A DNA stretch of 36,701 nt from assembly GCA_964368095.1 (NCBI GenBank), contig CAYIZT010000003.1:1257-37957 (forward strand), given 5' to 3'. Under the pieces are notes generated by a model, which ran no database searches, was not told the origin of the DNA, and saw only the letters and a program-made list of their open reading frames with translations. Origin of the DNA: an uncultured Methanosarcinales archaeon. Lineage in GTDB: Archaea > Nanobdellota > Nanobdellia > Woesearchaeales > GW2011-AR9. The position numbers and the translations under genes were made by a program. This document shows positions 17,301 through 26,487 of this stretch, one piece after another (positions within the stretch are counted from its first letter, which is position 1; every line of letters starts with the position of its first letter).

Positions 17301-19073
17301 ATGAAAACACTCTGGCTGCTTACCAAGAAGAACTTGAAATTGCTGGTACGTTCAAAGACTTCAGCTTTAATAGTTCTGTTCGCTCCTCTTTTTATCATAC
17401 TTTTACTTGGCTTATCGTACAGCAGTTCTTCAAACTACGGGCTAAACATAGGAATTTATGCCTCTTCCTTCACCGGCGATGTGGAATCGCTGATGAGCTC
17501 TTTGCAAGAACAAGAGTTTACGATCGTGAAATATGAAACATCGATAGAAGATTGTGTCGAAGATATTCAAGGCGGCTATATCCATACCTGTGTTTCTCTG
17601 CCGGAAAGTTTAGCGGTAGAAAGCAATGAACAAAAAGAAGTGTTGTTTTATGTTGATCCCAGCAAAATAAATCTAGTGTGGGTAGTGCAGGAAACTTTAG
17701 GAGAAAAATTCAACCTTAAGTCGCAGGAAATTTCCAAAGAATTATCCGGCAATCTACTTTCAGCCGTTTCCGATGCAAAGAGCAAGCTGGAAGAGCAAGG
17801 GACGCAGTTAAGTTCAGCTAAGCAAAAAAGCACGGCCGCATCCAGCACCGCTCAGGAAATAAGCCAGCAGCTGAATTCTTTAGATCTGACTGTGCCTACC
17901 AGCTCCTATGATCAGCAACTTATAATTACCTTTAAAGATACGGTCTCTCCTAAAATCAAAAGCAGCCTTTCTGAAGTGAAAGATGCCGTGCAAACAGTGC
18001 AAGCATCAGATCTTGCAGATAAATCAGCTATCCTCAGCAGCTTAAGCGGAGTTGAAAATAAATTAAAATCACTTGACACGTTAATAGCAGGCGGAGCTGT
18101 CGTAAATGGGACCAATACCACTACGGTCCCGTCTTCAGGATTTCTCGGCACATTAGCTCTTTTAGAGGAAGAATTAGTCGGTACCAAAACTAAATTGACT
18201 GCTGCAGCGACTGCGGTAGGAAGCACCAGCTCTGGTCTAAGTTCGGCCACCGAAAACCTGCAACAAAGTGTCAGTGCCTTGGAAAATGCCCAGCAGCGCG
18301 TAACTGAAATGAAAGCAAACTTTGATGCTCAAAAGGTTACAGATGCTAAAGTCTTGTCCGCTCCATTAATCACCAAGATCGAAACAGTGGGCCAGAAGAG
18401 TTCTTACCTCAATTACATGTTCCCTGCTTTGTTGGTTTTAGTTGTAATGTTTACCTCATTATTACTTGGGACAACTTTAGTCATGATGGAAAAGAACAGC
18501 CCTGCTTTTTTTAGGAATTATTTTTTACCCTTGCGAAAAGGAACTTTTGTCATGTCAACTTACCTTACTACATTAGTGATCACATCAGTGCAAATTTTAG
18601 TTATATTAGCAGTATCTGCCGTGTTCCTTAAAGACAACATGGTACAACTATTGCCGGTTGCAGGGGTGCTATTGCTTTCATCTTCCGTATTTTCGTTCAT
18701 GGGCATGGGGATAGGATATGCTTTCAGATCAGAAGAAACCGGGACTTTAGCTTCTATCTCCGCCGGAAGTTTATTATTGTTCGTCTCCGGAATTGTCTTG
18801 CCTATAGAAACCATCTCTCCAACTATAAGAAGCATCGCCAGTTTCAACCCTTTCGTGATCTCAGAAAGCATAATCAGGGAAGTATTCCTCTTTAATGCAG
18901 GCTTCTCCGGAGTCTGGTCAGGGTTGGCTACATTAGCCGGATATGCAGTAGGATTATTTACAATAATACTCATAGCAGAATATCTTGTCCACAAGCACTT
19001 CATCAGCGGTTTCATGAAAAGCAGGCATCTAAAGCATCGTCAGCAGGAAAAACGTGACAAGAATAATGTGTAG
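17301..19073 (+). CDS. ABC-2 type permease with a long coiled-coil extracytoplasmic domain (YhgE/Pip-like)
   Basis: N-terminal TM, roughly 320-aa S/A/T/Q-rich helical loop, five C-terminal TMs with SGIVLP and FNPF. Alternative start at 17280. Confidence 0.85.
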   Translation: MKTLWLLTKKNLKLLVRSKTSALIVLFAPLFIILLLGLSYSSSSNYGLNIGIYASSFTGDVESLMSSLQEQEFTIVKYETSIEDCVEDIQGGYIHTCVSLPESLAVESNEQKEVLFYVDPSKINLVWVVQETLGEKFNLKSQEISKELSGNLLSAVSDAKSKLEEQGTQLSSAKQKSTAASSTAQEISQQLNSLDLTVPTSSYDQQLIITFKDTVSPKIKSSLSEVKDAVQTVQASDLADKSAILSSLSGVENKLKSLDTLIAGGAVVNGTNTTTVPSSGFLGTLALLEEELVGTKTKLTAAATAVGSTSSGLSSATENLQQSVSALENAQQRVTEMKANFDAQKVTDAKVLSAPLITKIETVGQKSSYLNYMFPALLVLVVMFTSLLLGTTLVMMEKNSPAFFRNYFLPLRKGTFVMSTYLTTLVITSVQILVILAVSAVFLKDNMVQLLPVAGVLLLSSSVFSFMGMGIGYAFRSEETGTLASISAGSLLLFVSGIVLPIETISPTIRSIASFNPFVISESIIREVFLFNAGFSGVWSGLATLAGYAVGLFTIILIAEYLVHKHFISGFMKSRHLKHRQQEKRDKNNV

Positions 19074-19087
19074 GGTTAGTATCATTT

Positions 19088-19594
19088 ATGCGTAAACACA
19101 ATAATAGTGACAAAATTCTCATCGTTATCACTGGCTCTCCCGGAGTGGGAAAATCTACTTTAGCAAAATTCTTGGTCAAAAAAATAAAATTAGAACGGCT
19201 TGATCTGCATCATCATTACAAACGCATCTCTGTCGGTTATAACCATTCCAAACAAAGTTATGATGTTGATTATGATAAATTTGAAAAGTTAGTAAAAGAA
19301 AAACTTCAGCAATCTAAACATGGATTAATAATCGATTCTCATATCAGTCATCTGCTTCCTAAAAAAATGGTTGATCTCTGCATTGTCCTGATATGTTCGG
19401 ATCTTAAAAAGCTGGAAAAACGATTAAAAGCGCGGAAATATTCCAAAAAGAAAATCCGCGAAAATCTCGATGCAGAAATCTTCCAGGTCTGCCTGGCGGA
19501 AGCAAAAGAAAAAAGACATAAGATCATAGTGTTTGATACCGCTAAAATGATGGATCAGCAGAAGATAATAACAGAAGTTAACAAACTTTTATAA
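19088..19594 (+). CDS. Adenylate kinase 6/Fap7-like NMP kinase
   Basis: ITGSPGVGKST, IIDSH and RLKARKY..KKIRENLDAEI. Confidence 0.92.
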   Translation: MRKHNNSDKILIVITGSPGVGKSTLAKFLVKKIKLERLDLHHHYKRISVGYNHSKQSYDVDYDKFEKLVKEKLQQSKHGLIIDSHISHLLPKKMVDLCIVLICSDLKKLEKRLKARKYSKKKIRENLDAEIFQVCLAEAKEKRHKIIVFDTAKMMDQQKIITEVNKLL

Positions 19595-19617
19595 AATGCA
19601 TACTCTATTTCTCAGGC

Positions 19618-22239
19618 ATGAGCTTATCGATAACTGAAAAACTGCATCTGCGAAAGATAATCAATGAATTAAAGAGCCATAAGGCTCCCCACACTGAATT
19701 TGTCAGTGTCTACATACCGCAGGATTATGAAATTTTTAAGATCATCCAGCACTTAGCAGAGGAGCAGGGAACAGCTTCTAACATCAAGTCTGCCACCACG
19801 AAGAAAAATGTCCAGGGCGCACTAGAGAAAATGATCCAGCATCTGCGGGGATATCCAAAAACTCCCCCCAATGGCTTAGCTATTTTTTCTGGCAACATTG
19901 CCGCCGGCGAGGGAAAACAGGATTTCAGAGTATGGAGTATCGAACCGCCGGCGCCGTTAAACATACGTATCTACCGCTGTGATAAAAATTTCGTCACTGA
20001 TATTCTTGAAGATATCATGGTGGAACATAATGTGTATGGTTTGGTTGTTTTGGACAGAAGAGATGCTGCCTTAGCCTTATTGAAAGGAAAGACCATCGTG
20101 CTGCTGCAGAAAACGCACTCCGAAGTTCCTGGGAAATTTAAAGCGGGAGGACAATGCTTAATCAAAGAGACTTTTATACAATCAGGTGATGGAAATATCC
20201 TCCAGATGAAAAATTCACATAACCCATTAGTGCTTAAGAGCATGGTTATGGACGATTTTTCACTTACAGATTCACCGATCACAGATAGATGGGATGTCAA
20301 GAAGTCCAAAATTTACAAAATTATCACAAAATACCCCCGTTTGGAAGTTCAAGCCTCAAAAGACCATATTTTCTTTGTGCAGACAAATGAAGGAATTGTA
20401 GAAAAAGCAGCTGAAGAGCTTAAAGAAGGAGATTCTCTGATCATGCCCGAATTTATCAATGTTAAAGGCCAATTTCAGACTATTAAATCACTACAATATT
20501 ATAACTCCTTTACTATCAATAAAAAAGGCCAAGAATTGCTGAGAACGAAAAGAGAAGAAAAATACCTATTACAGAAAGAACTTGCAAAACTTATTAACAC
20601 TTCTCAAACGACAATTTCTTCTTATGAGATGGGAAAATTGAATGCAGACAGAACCGAATTACAAAAAGTATGCGCAGCTTTAGAAATAGATTTTTATGAC
20701 TTTATCAACAAACATACTGCACCTTATTTATATCAAACAGTAAAACTTCCATTATTAGTTGAACATAAATTAGCCCAGTTTTTAGGCTATTTAGTCGGTG
20801 ATGGGTGCTTTGAAAAAGATAGGATAACTTTCTTTGAACAGGATAAACAAGTTGCGCTTCAGTATAAAGAAATATTTGATCGATACTTCCAGCTGGATTC
20901 TAGTTATACTTTTAGAGAAAGCAAGAATTACCATCAGTTGAGATTCATCAGCAGACCTTTGGTAAGGCTTATCCAAAGCGAATTTCCTGAAATAAAGAAA
21001 ACTCTTGATACAACTGTTCCGGAAAAGATATTAAAGTCGCCTAAAGAAGTAGTTGCTTCATTCTTAAAGGGTCTGTTTGATGCAGAAGGGTATGTCTCTG
21101 GTAATCGTATAGGCTTGGGGATGAATAATAAGCAATTAATCCAGCAGGTCCAGATAGCTTTATTGAGATTTAGCATTATTTCATCTATGCAGGAATATGA
21201 CAACAGAGCAAACAGATACAGCAAGAATCCACGTTTTACTCTTGAAATCTCAGAAAAGCAATCATTAGAGCGATTTGAAAATAATATTGTTTTTACCAGT
21301 AATAAAAAATCTACTAAGTTAAAAGAAACCATCAATAGCAAAAGCTCAAAAAGCAGCGTAAGACAGATTCTTACTTCGGGATCAGAAATTAGAAAGATTA
21401 TTGAAAAAGCAGGTTACAATCTGCAGCTTTTTCCTAAAGTTACTAATTTCTTCAGAAATGAACGCTTGATGAGTAAGGAAGTGTTCAAAAATTCAATTTT
21501 AGCTAATATAAAAGATGAGAAATTGTATGCAGAACTGCTGAAAATCTGCAATTCTAATCTTCTGCCAGTTAAAATAAGTAAAATTGAAGTCAAGGAAGAA
21601 GAAGTAGAAATGGTCGATATTTCTGTAGGCAACCAGAACTTCATTGCTAATGGTGTAATTGTCCATAATTCAGCCCAACGTTTTGCAAGACTAAGAGAGG
21701 GCGCTTACAAGGAACATTTCAAGAAGATAGCTGAATACATGAAAAACCAATTCCTTCCTCTAGGAAATAATCTTAAAGGGATCATTGTCGGCGGTCCTGG
21801 AACGACTGTCAACGATTTCCTGCAGAAAGAATACATCACCGGGGATCTGCAAAAGAAAATCATCGGCACCAAAGACCTATCCTATACTGAAGAATATGGC
21901 TTGCAGGAATTATTAGACAAATCTGAAGATCTGCTGGCAGAAGAAGAGGTTGCCAGGGAAAAGAAGACTATGCAGGAATTCTTCAATGAATTCAGGGAAA
22001 ATCCAAATAAAATCACCTATGGTGAAGCGCAGACGTTAAAAGCGTTAGAGATGAATGCAGTAGGAGTATTGTTGCTGTCTGAAAACCTGCCGGAAGACAG
22101 GATCTTTGAATTGGAAGAAAAAGCCCAGAAAGGCGGCGCAGTGGTGAAGATCATTTCGATTGAAACACGTGAAGGGACGCAGCTGAAAGAATTAGGTGGG
22201 ATTGCGGCTATTCTGAGATATGAGATAGAGCAAGCTTAG
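19618..22239 (+). CDS. prf1: Peptide chain release factor aRF1, intein-containing precursor (368 aa after splicing)
   Basis: TASNIKS, YRCDKNF, GKFKAGGQ|intein|SAQRFARLRE and C-terminal GGIAAILRY. Confidence 0.97.
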   Translation: MSLSITEKLHLRKIINELKSHKAPHTEFVSVYIPQDYEIFKIIQHLAEEQGTASNIKSATTKKNVQGALEKMIQHLRGYPKTPPNGLAIFSGNIAAGEGKQDFRVWSIEPPAPLNIRIYRCDKNFVTDILEDIMVEHNVYGLVVLDRRDAALALLKGKTIVLLQKTHSEVPGKFKAGGQCLIKETFIQSGDGNILQMKNSHNPLVLKSMVMDDFSLTDSPITDRWDVKKSKIYKIITKYPRLEVQASKDHIFFVQTNEGIVEKAAEELKEGDSLIMPEFINVKGQFQTIKSLQYYNSFTINKKGQELLRTKREEKYLLQKELAKLINTSQTTISSYEMGKLNADRTELQKVCAALEIDFYDFINKHTAPYLYQTVKLPLLVEHKLAQFLGYLVGDGCFEKDRITFFEQDKQVALQYKEIFDRYFQLDSSYTFRESKNYHQLRFISRPLVRLIQSEFPEIKKTLDTTVPEKILKSPKEVVASFLKGLFDAEGYVSGNRIGLGMNNKQLIQQVQIALLRFSIISSMQEYDNRANRYSKNPRFTLEISEKQSLERFENNIVFTSNKKSTKLKETINSKSSKSSVRQILTSGSEIRKIIEKAGYNLQLFPKVTNFFRNERLMSKEVFKNSILANIKDEKLYAELLKICNSNLLPVKISKIEVKEEEVEMVDISVGNQNFIANGVIVHNSAQRFARLREGAYKEHFKKIAEYMKNQFLPLGNNLKGIIVGGPGTTVNDFLQKEYITGDLQKKIIGTKDLSYTEEYGLQELLDKSEDLLAEEEVAREKKTMQEFFNEFRENPNKITYGEAQTLKALEMNAVGVLLLSENLPEDRIFELEEKAQKGGAVVKIISIETREGTQLKELGGIAAILRYEIEQA
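20155..21669 (+). mobile_element. 505-aa intein with an XRE-type HTH and a LAGLIDADG homing endonuclease
   Basis: Starts CLIKET, block B ASKDHIFF, ends NFIANGVIVHN followed by Ser. LAGLIDADG motifs FLGYLVGDG and FLKGLFDAEG. HTH LLQKELAKLINTSQTTISSYEMG. Confidence 0.97.
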
Positions 22240-22300
22240 GCATTAGTTGTTTAGTGACCATATAGGCAATTCTTATAAAATAATAAAGCAAATTGTCACT

Positions 22301-22981
22301 ATGAACCTCATCGAAGAATCTTTTCAGCGCTTATTTCCGGAGAAAGAGTTCCCTTATTTCACAGAGCTGGAATACAACCGCAGGTTGGCTAATTTCAATG
22401 CTAATATCCGTTTAGAGCCCAGAAAGATCAAAGTCAATCTTAACCTGCAGTGGAAAGACATAGATCCGGAAATAAAGATAGGGCTGATCCAGCATCTTTT
22501 GCTGAAAATCCTAAAGAAACGCGGACATACTTACAATATCGAGCTCTACAACAACTTCATCAAGAACATTCCTATCCTTACCCCCAAAACAAAATCAGAT
22601 CCGGCCTTGGAAGCTGCATTCGATCGTGTCAACCAACAATTTATGTCCAATTCGGTAGAAAAGACCAACTTAACCTGGGGCACTGCCTCTTTTCGTAAAC
22701 TGGCAAGTTATAATTTTCATACCGATACCATCACAGTATCAACCATTTTTGCCGATGCCCGGCAGGAAATCCTGGATTACCTGATGTACCACGAAATGCT
22801 GCACAAGCATCACAAGTTTAAACACAATTATGGGAGAAGTTCATTCCATAGCCCTGCTTTCAAAGAAGATGAGCAGCTGTATCCGCACTATCAATTGATG
22901 GAGAAGGAGATTGGAACAATTATCAGGAGAAAGAAATATGGTGGGATTAGAAAAGCAGGCTTCTGGGGAATATTCGGTTAA
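22301..22981 (+). CDS. SprT/YgjP-like zinc metallopeptidase
   Basis: YLMYHEMLH (HExxH) with a downstream FHSPAF His. ATG 22301 follows a TTATAAAA box. Confidence 0.85.
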   Translation: MNLIEESFQRLFPEKEFPYFTELEYNRRLANFNANIRLEPRKIKVNLNLQWKDIDPEIKIGLIQHLLLKILKKRGHTYNIELYNNFIKNIPILTPKTKSDPALEAAFDRVNQQFMSNSVEKTNLTWGTASFRKLASYNFHTDTITVSTIFADARQEILDYLMYHEMLHKHHKFKHNYGRSSFHSPAFKEDEQLYPHYQLMEKEIGTIIRRKKYGGIRKAGFWGIFG

Positions 22982-22988
22982 GAAATCA

Positions 22989-23192
22989 ATGCTGGAAAAG
23001 CTGACTGAACATTATCTTTGGGCAATAAGAATAGGCAACGGGGGCCATTTGGTAGGTTATTATAGGGAAGCCAAAGAAAAGGTAATGTGCCAATATCGCT
23101 ATCCTACCGGAATATTCACATTACGCAGAAAAGAAGGAGAATTCTTCCTTTGGGACTACGATATCACCCCTAAAGACCAGCGATACATTTAA
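22989..23192 (+). CDS. Small hypothetical protein
   Basis: ATG 7 nt after the previous stop. Fills the gap before aIF5A. Confidence 0.5.
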   Translation: MLEKLTEHYLWAIRIGNGGHLVGYYREAKEKVMCQYRYPTGIFTLRRKEGEFFLWDYDITPKDQRYI

Positions 23193-23217
23193 AAATAACC
23201 CTTAGTTTTTTGTAGCA

Positions 23218-23610
23218 ATGGAAAAGAAATCAGTCAGTGTGGGAAGCCTAAAAAAAGGTGATACCATCATTATTGATGAATCTCCCTGTAAAATCACTGA
23301 TACTGCAACGTCTAGGCCTGGAAAGCATGGTCACGCTAAGGTAAACTTGACCGCCGTCGGCATTCTTGACGGTAAGAAAAGACAATTAGTAATGCCTGGC
23401 CATGATAAAGTTGAAGCGCCAATAATCGAAAAGAAATCCGCTCAAATCCTTTCCGTAACCGGAAATTCAGCAAATGTTATGGACATAGAAACTTATGAAA
23501 CCTTCGAAATGGAAATTCCGGAAGAATTAAAAGAAGAAGTAAAAGAAGGAAAAGAAGTCCTTTATTGGACCATCATGGGAAGTAAAGTGATGAAACAAGT
23601 TAAAAGTTAA
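23218..23610 (+). CDS. eif5a: Translation factor aIF5A
   Basis: Hypusination motif SRPGKHGHAK. Confidence 0.97.
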   Translation: MEKKSVSVGSLKKGDTIIIDESPCKITDTATSRPGKHGHAKVNLTAVGILDGKKRQLVMPGHDKVEAPIIEKKSAQILSVTGNSANVMDIETYETFEMEIPEELKEEVKEGKEVLYWTIMGSKVMKQVKS

Positions 23611-23632
23611 GTTATGATAAAGTGATGTTATA

Positions 23633-23797
23633 ATGGCTACAAAATTCGACGAAGCATTGAACCGGCTGATCAAAGGTATTTTTGTCTGCAGAAATTGCAA
23701 ATCAAAGATTCGGGCATCCAGCCTTAAAGTAAGTCAGGGTAAAATCAAATGCAGAAGTTGCACTTCTTTAAAGCTTAGGCCGAAAAGAAAGAAGTGA
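23633..23797 (+). CDS. rpl40e: 50S ribosomal protein L40e, not in the ORF track
   Basis: Own translation MATKFDEALNRLIKGIFVCRNCKSKIRASSLKVSQGKIKCRSCTSLKLRPKRKK has two CxxC pairs and an LRPK C-terminus. Confidence 0.9.
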   Translation: MATKFDEALNRLIKGIFVCRNCKSKIRASSLKVSQGKIKCRSCTSLKLRPKRKK

Positions 23798-23801
23798 TCG
23801 G

Positions 23802-24095
23802 ATGTCTCTTAAAGATATTCTTGACTGTCTTGACTGCTTTCAACAGGGAAGAAAAGAATCTAAAGTGATGTTTTCTGATAATAGCGATCTTGAAACTATA
23901 AAACCTATGCTACTGGATGAATTGGAAAATATCGCTTTTTTAGCCGAACTCCGGTCATATGATGACCCATTTTCACCCTATTCAAGAGCAGAAGTATTTT
24001 CTTACATTTTAGGGACGTTATCCACACCAAAAGCTATCTACGAAGTCGCTAAGTTCTTTGTAAGCGGTGAATATCGTAGGGACTACGAGGATTAG
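23802..24095 (+). CDS. Hypothetical protein
   Basis: 97-aa ORF starting 4 nt after rpl40e. Confidence 0.6.
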   Translation: MSLKDILDCLDCFQQGRKESKVMFSDNSDLETIKPMLLDELENIAFLAELRSYDDPFSPYSRAEVFSYILGTLSTPKAIYEVAKFFVSGEYRRDYED

Positions 24096-24195
24096 TCAAG
24101 AAGAATTGAATCAGTGGAAAGAAAAATAAAAGGACGACCCAGACATATAGAGCAACCCAAACATATAAAAAGCTTTATTCTTTCTGTTCTATTAT

Positions 24196-25380
24196 ATGAT
24201 AGATGTTTTAGCTTTTATCTTGAAATATAAATTTGTATTACTTTTTTATCTTCTAGTTATCCTATTCATCGCATTTCGCTGGAAAAGAATAGAGAAGCAA
24301 GCAAAAATAATCTTTCTCTATCGCACCAAATTCGGTTTGAGATGGATGGACCGTTATTCGCAAAAATTCAGGGAGTGGGTTGTCCTTTTCGGCTACATAG
24401 GCATGGGTGCCGGATTTGTAGGGTTAATAGTGATCTCGTATGTGCTTATCCAGAATTTATATTCCTTGATAACTACACCCGCGGCCGCTTCAGGAGTCTC
24501 GTTAGTCCTTCCGGGCGTGCATGTTCCGGGGTTAGGCGTATTGCCCTTCTGGTATTGGATATTGGCAATTTTTTCCATAGCCGTAGTGCATGAATTCTCT
24601 CACGGGATTGTTGCTAGGGCGCATAATATTCCTGTAAAAAATACCGGTTTAGTCTTCTTTGGACCTATCTTAGGAGCATTTGTTGAACCGGATGAAAAAA
24701 AATTACGTAAAGAACAAGATATTATACAATATTCCGTATTGGCAGCAGGATCATTCTCTAATGTCGTATTAGCGGTAGTAGCTTTATTATTCCTTAATTT
24801 TGCTTTCATGCCATTACAGGATATGATGGTCGAACCGACCGGTTTCAGTTTTGACGGCTATGTGGCGGGAGATTTTCCGGCTCAAAAAGTTGGACTAGAA
24901 CCTAAAACGATCATCACTGGCATCAACAATCAGGAAGTGTCTAACTTCCAAGAATTCAGCGAGGAGTTAGCATTTTATCGCCCGGGCCAGTCCATCATTG
25001 TAAATACTGCGAAAAAAGATTATGCTCTCACTTTAGCAGCAAATCCGGATAACGTAAAAAAACCATTCTTAGGGGTACTTGATATTAAAAATGAATTTGA
25101 GGTTAAAGAAAGATACCAAGCAGGAGCAGGAAAAACATTGTATGCAGTATTATCCTGGCTTACCGGATTCCTGCGCTGGCTGTTCCTGCTGAGCATAGGT
25201 ATCGGCCTGTTCAACTTATTACCCTTGCCTATCGTAGATGGGGGAAGGATGGCACAAGTATTTTTGCACAAACTGAAAGGCCCGGAAAAAGGAGAACGAT
25301 TGTATCACAAAGTCAGCTTGTTTTTCTTGTTGGTATTGTTATTGAATTTGTTTTATCCGCTGTTGGCGAAATTGTTTTAG
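24196..25380 (+). CDS. Site-2 protease (M50) with a PDZ-like domain
   Basis: HEFSH, GAFVEPD, AAGSFSN and FNLLPLPIVDGG. Confidence 0.96.
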   Translation: MIDVLAFILKYKFVLLFYLLVILFIAFRWKRIEKQAKIIFLYRTKFGLRWMDRYSQKFREWVVLFGYIGMGAGFVGLIVISYVLIQNLYSLITTPAAASGVSLVLPGVHVPGLGVLPFWYWILAIFSIAVVHEFSHGIVARAHNIPVKNTGLVFFGPILGAFVEPDEKKLRKEQDIIQYSVLAAGSFSNVVLAVVALLFLNFAFMPLQDMMVEPTGFSFDGYVAGDFPAQKVGLEPKTIITGINNQEVSNFQEFSEELAFYRPGQSIIVNTAKKDYALTLAANPDNVKKPFLGVLDIKNEFEVKERYQAGAGKTLYAVLSWLTGFLRWLFLLSIGIGLFNLLPLPIVDGGRMAQVFLHKLKGPEKGERLYHKVSLFFLLVLLLNLFYPLLAKLF

Positions 25381-25423
25381 AATTACATAAGAGTTATAAA
25401 GATTTTTTTCTTTAGGATAATAA

Positions 25424-25837
25424 ATGGATCACAACCAATTCAAAATAAGGGAATATGATTTTTGGGATTTATTCCTTCAGATTAATCAGTTCCCCTACAT
25501 TGGCCGCTGCTACGCCTGGGCTAAAAGAGAAAACTCTGATAAAGTAACTGATATTAAAAGTGGAGAATTGCTGGAATTATTTGGCGATATACTGCCCGCT
25601 TGGAACAAAGCTGTTTATGAATTATTTTCGCATGATAGGCCCAATCTAGCCATTCTGGGAAATACAGCACCGCGTCTGCATGCGCATCTGATACCGCATT
25701 ATAATACTCCCAGAGAATTTTATGGCATCACTTTTACCGATCCAAACCCAACGGGAAATTATGCACCTTATCCTAAACAGAAAATTGAGCTTGATATTTT
25801 ATTTAAAATTAAGGATTCTATTAAAGAAAAGTTATAA
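25424..25837 (+). CDS. HIT family hydrolase
   Basis: NLAILGNTAPRLHAHLIP, a histidine-triad-like motif in which the first His is replaced by Arg. Confidence 0.85.
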   Translation: MDHNQFKIREYDFWDLFLQINQFPYIGRCYAWAKRENSDKVTDIKSGELLELFGDILPAWNKAVYELFSHDRPNLAILGNTAPRLHAHLIPHYNTPREFYGITFTDPNPTGNYAPYPKQKIELDILFKIKDSIKEKL

Positions 25838-25881
25838 TCAGTTTGTAAATAATAAAAGAAAAAAGAAGAAAATAAAGAATC

Positions 25882-26355
25882 TTACTTGATACAGAAAACT
25901 CCTGATAGTATGCTACCAGCGGATCTATCCTCTACAGGCCATGAACCCTCTTGAGCATCGAGGCATATTGTTTTGTATGGTAGTTCATTACAAGGAACTA
26001 GTTTCGAATTCTCGTCTGATTCTACCCAGGGTATGGGTTCCCATGGAGACCTTGGAGAGCAGGATCCATCAGTAGACTTATGTGTCTCGCGTATCACGTT
26101 ATGCTGGGCTACCTCGCATCCACTATAACCCATTATTTGGCAAGCCTCTGTTCCGCTCTTTTCAAATAACTGGTTAATAGATAGACCTTTTTCCACTAAC
26201 TCTCCCTGATCAACAAACACTAGTTGCCCACTAACTTGACTAACCGGCGCATTGATTCCAGTTCCTTTGGTTCTAACTGCTTCTCCTGGAGCGCAGGAAA
26301 CGATAAACAAAAAAGCGACAGCAAATATACTTAACATTACTAAATTTTTTTTCAT
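25882..26355 (-). CDS. Putative surface lipoprotein with a Cys-rich C-terminal domain
   Basis: MKK, hydrophobic core, lipobox-like IVSC, and 6 further Cys. GAGGTGA RBS. Confidence 0.8.
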   Translation of the reverse strand: MKKNLVMLSIFAVAFLFIVSCAPGEAVRTKGTGINAPVSQVSGQLVFVDQGELVEKGLSINQLFEKSGTEACQIMGYSGCEVAQHNVIRETHKSTDGSCSPRSPWEPIPWVESDENSKLVPCNELPYKTICLDAQEGSWPVEDRSAGSILSGVFCIK

Positions 26356-26386
26356 TTATTTCACCTCAATTAATAACTTGTTAGAC

Positions 26387-26433
26387 TATTATTATTATTA
26401 TTATTATTATTTAAACTTGCGTAGCCCCCCCCC
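26387..26433 (-). repeat. (AAT)8 microsatellite and G9 tract flanking the TATA box of the lipoprotein gene
   Basis: On the + strand, (TAT)8 at 26387-26410 and C9 at 26425-26433. Minus-strand TTTAAATA lies between them and runs into the AAT repeat. Confidence 0.85.
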
Positions 26434-26487
26434 GTAGTAAAACGATAAAATTATTTGCACAAAGTAAATTCTTGAAGAATTACAAAA

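Noticed and set aside
25424..25837. HIT protein as a defence gene
   Set aside because: It is a stand-alone gene with no defence-associated neighbours.
26252..26437. ORF with a poly-Tyr run
   Set aside because: It is the translation of the (TAT)8 microsatellite, antisense to the lipoprotein gene.
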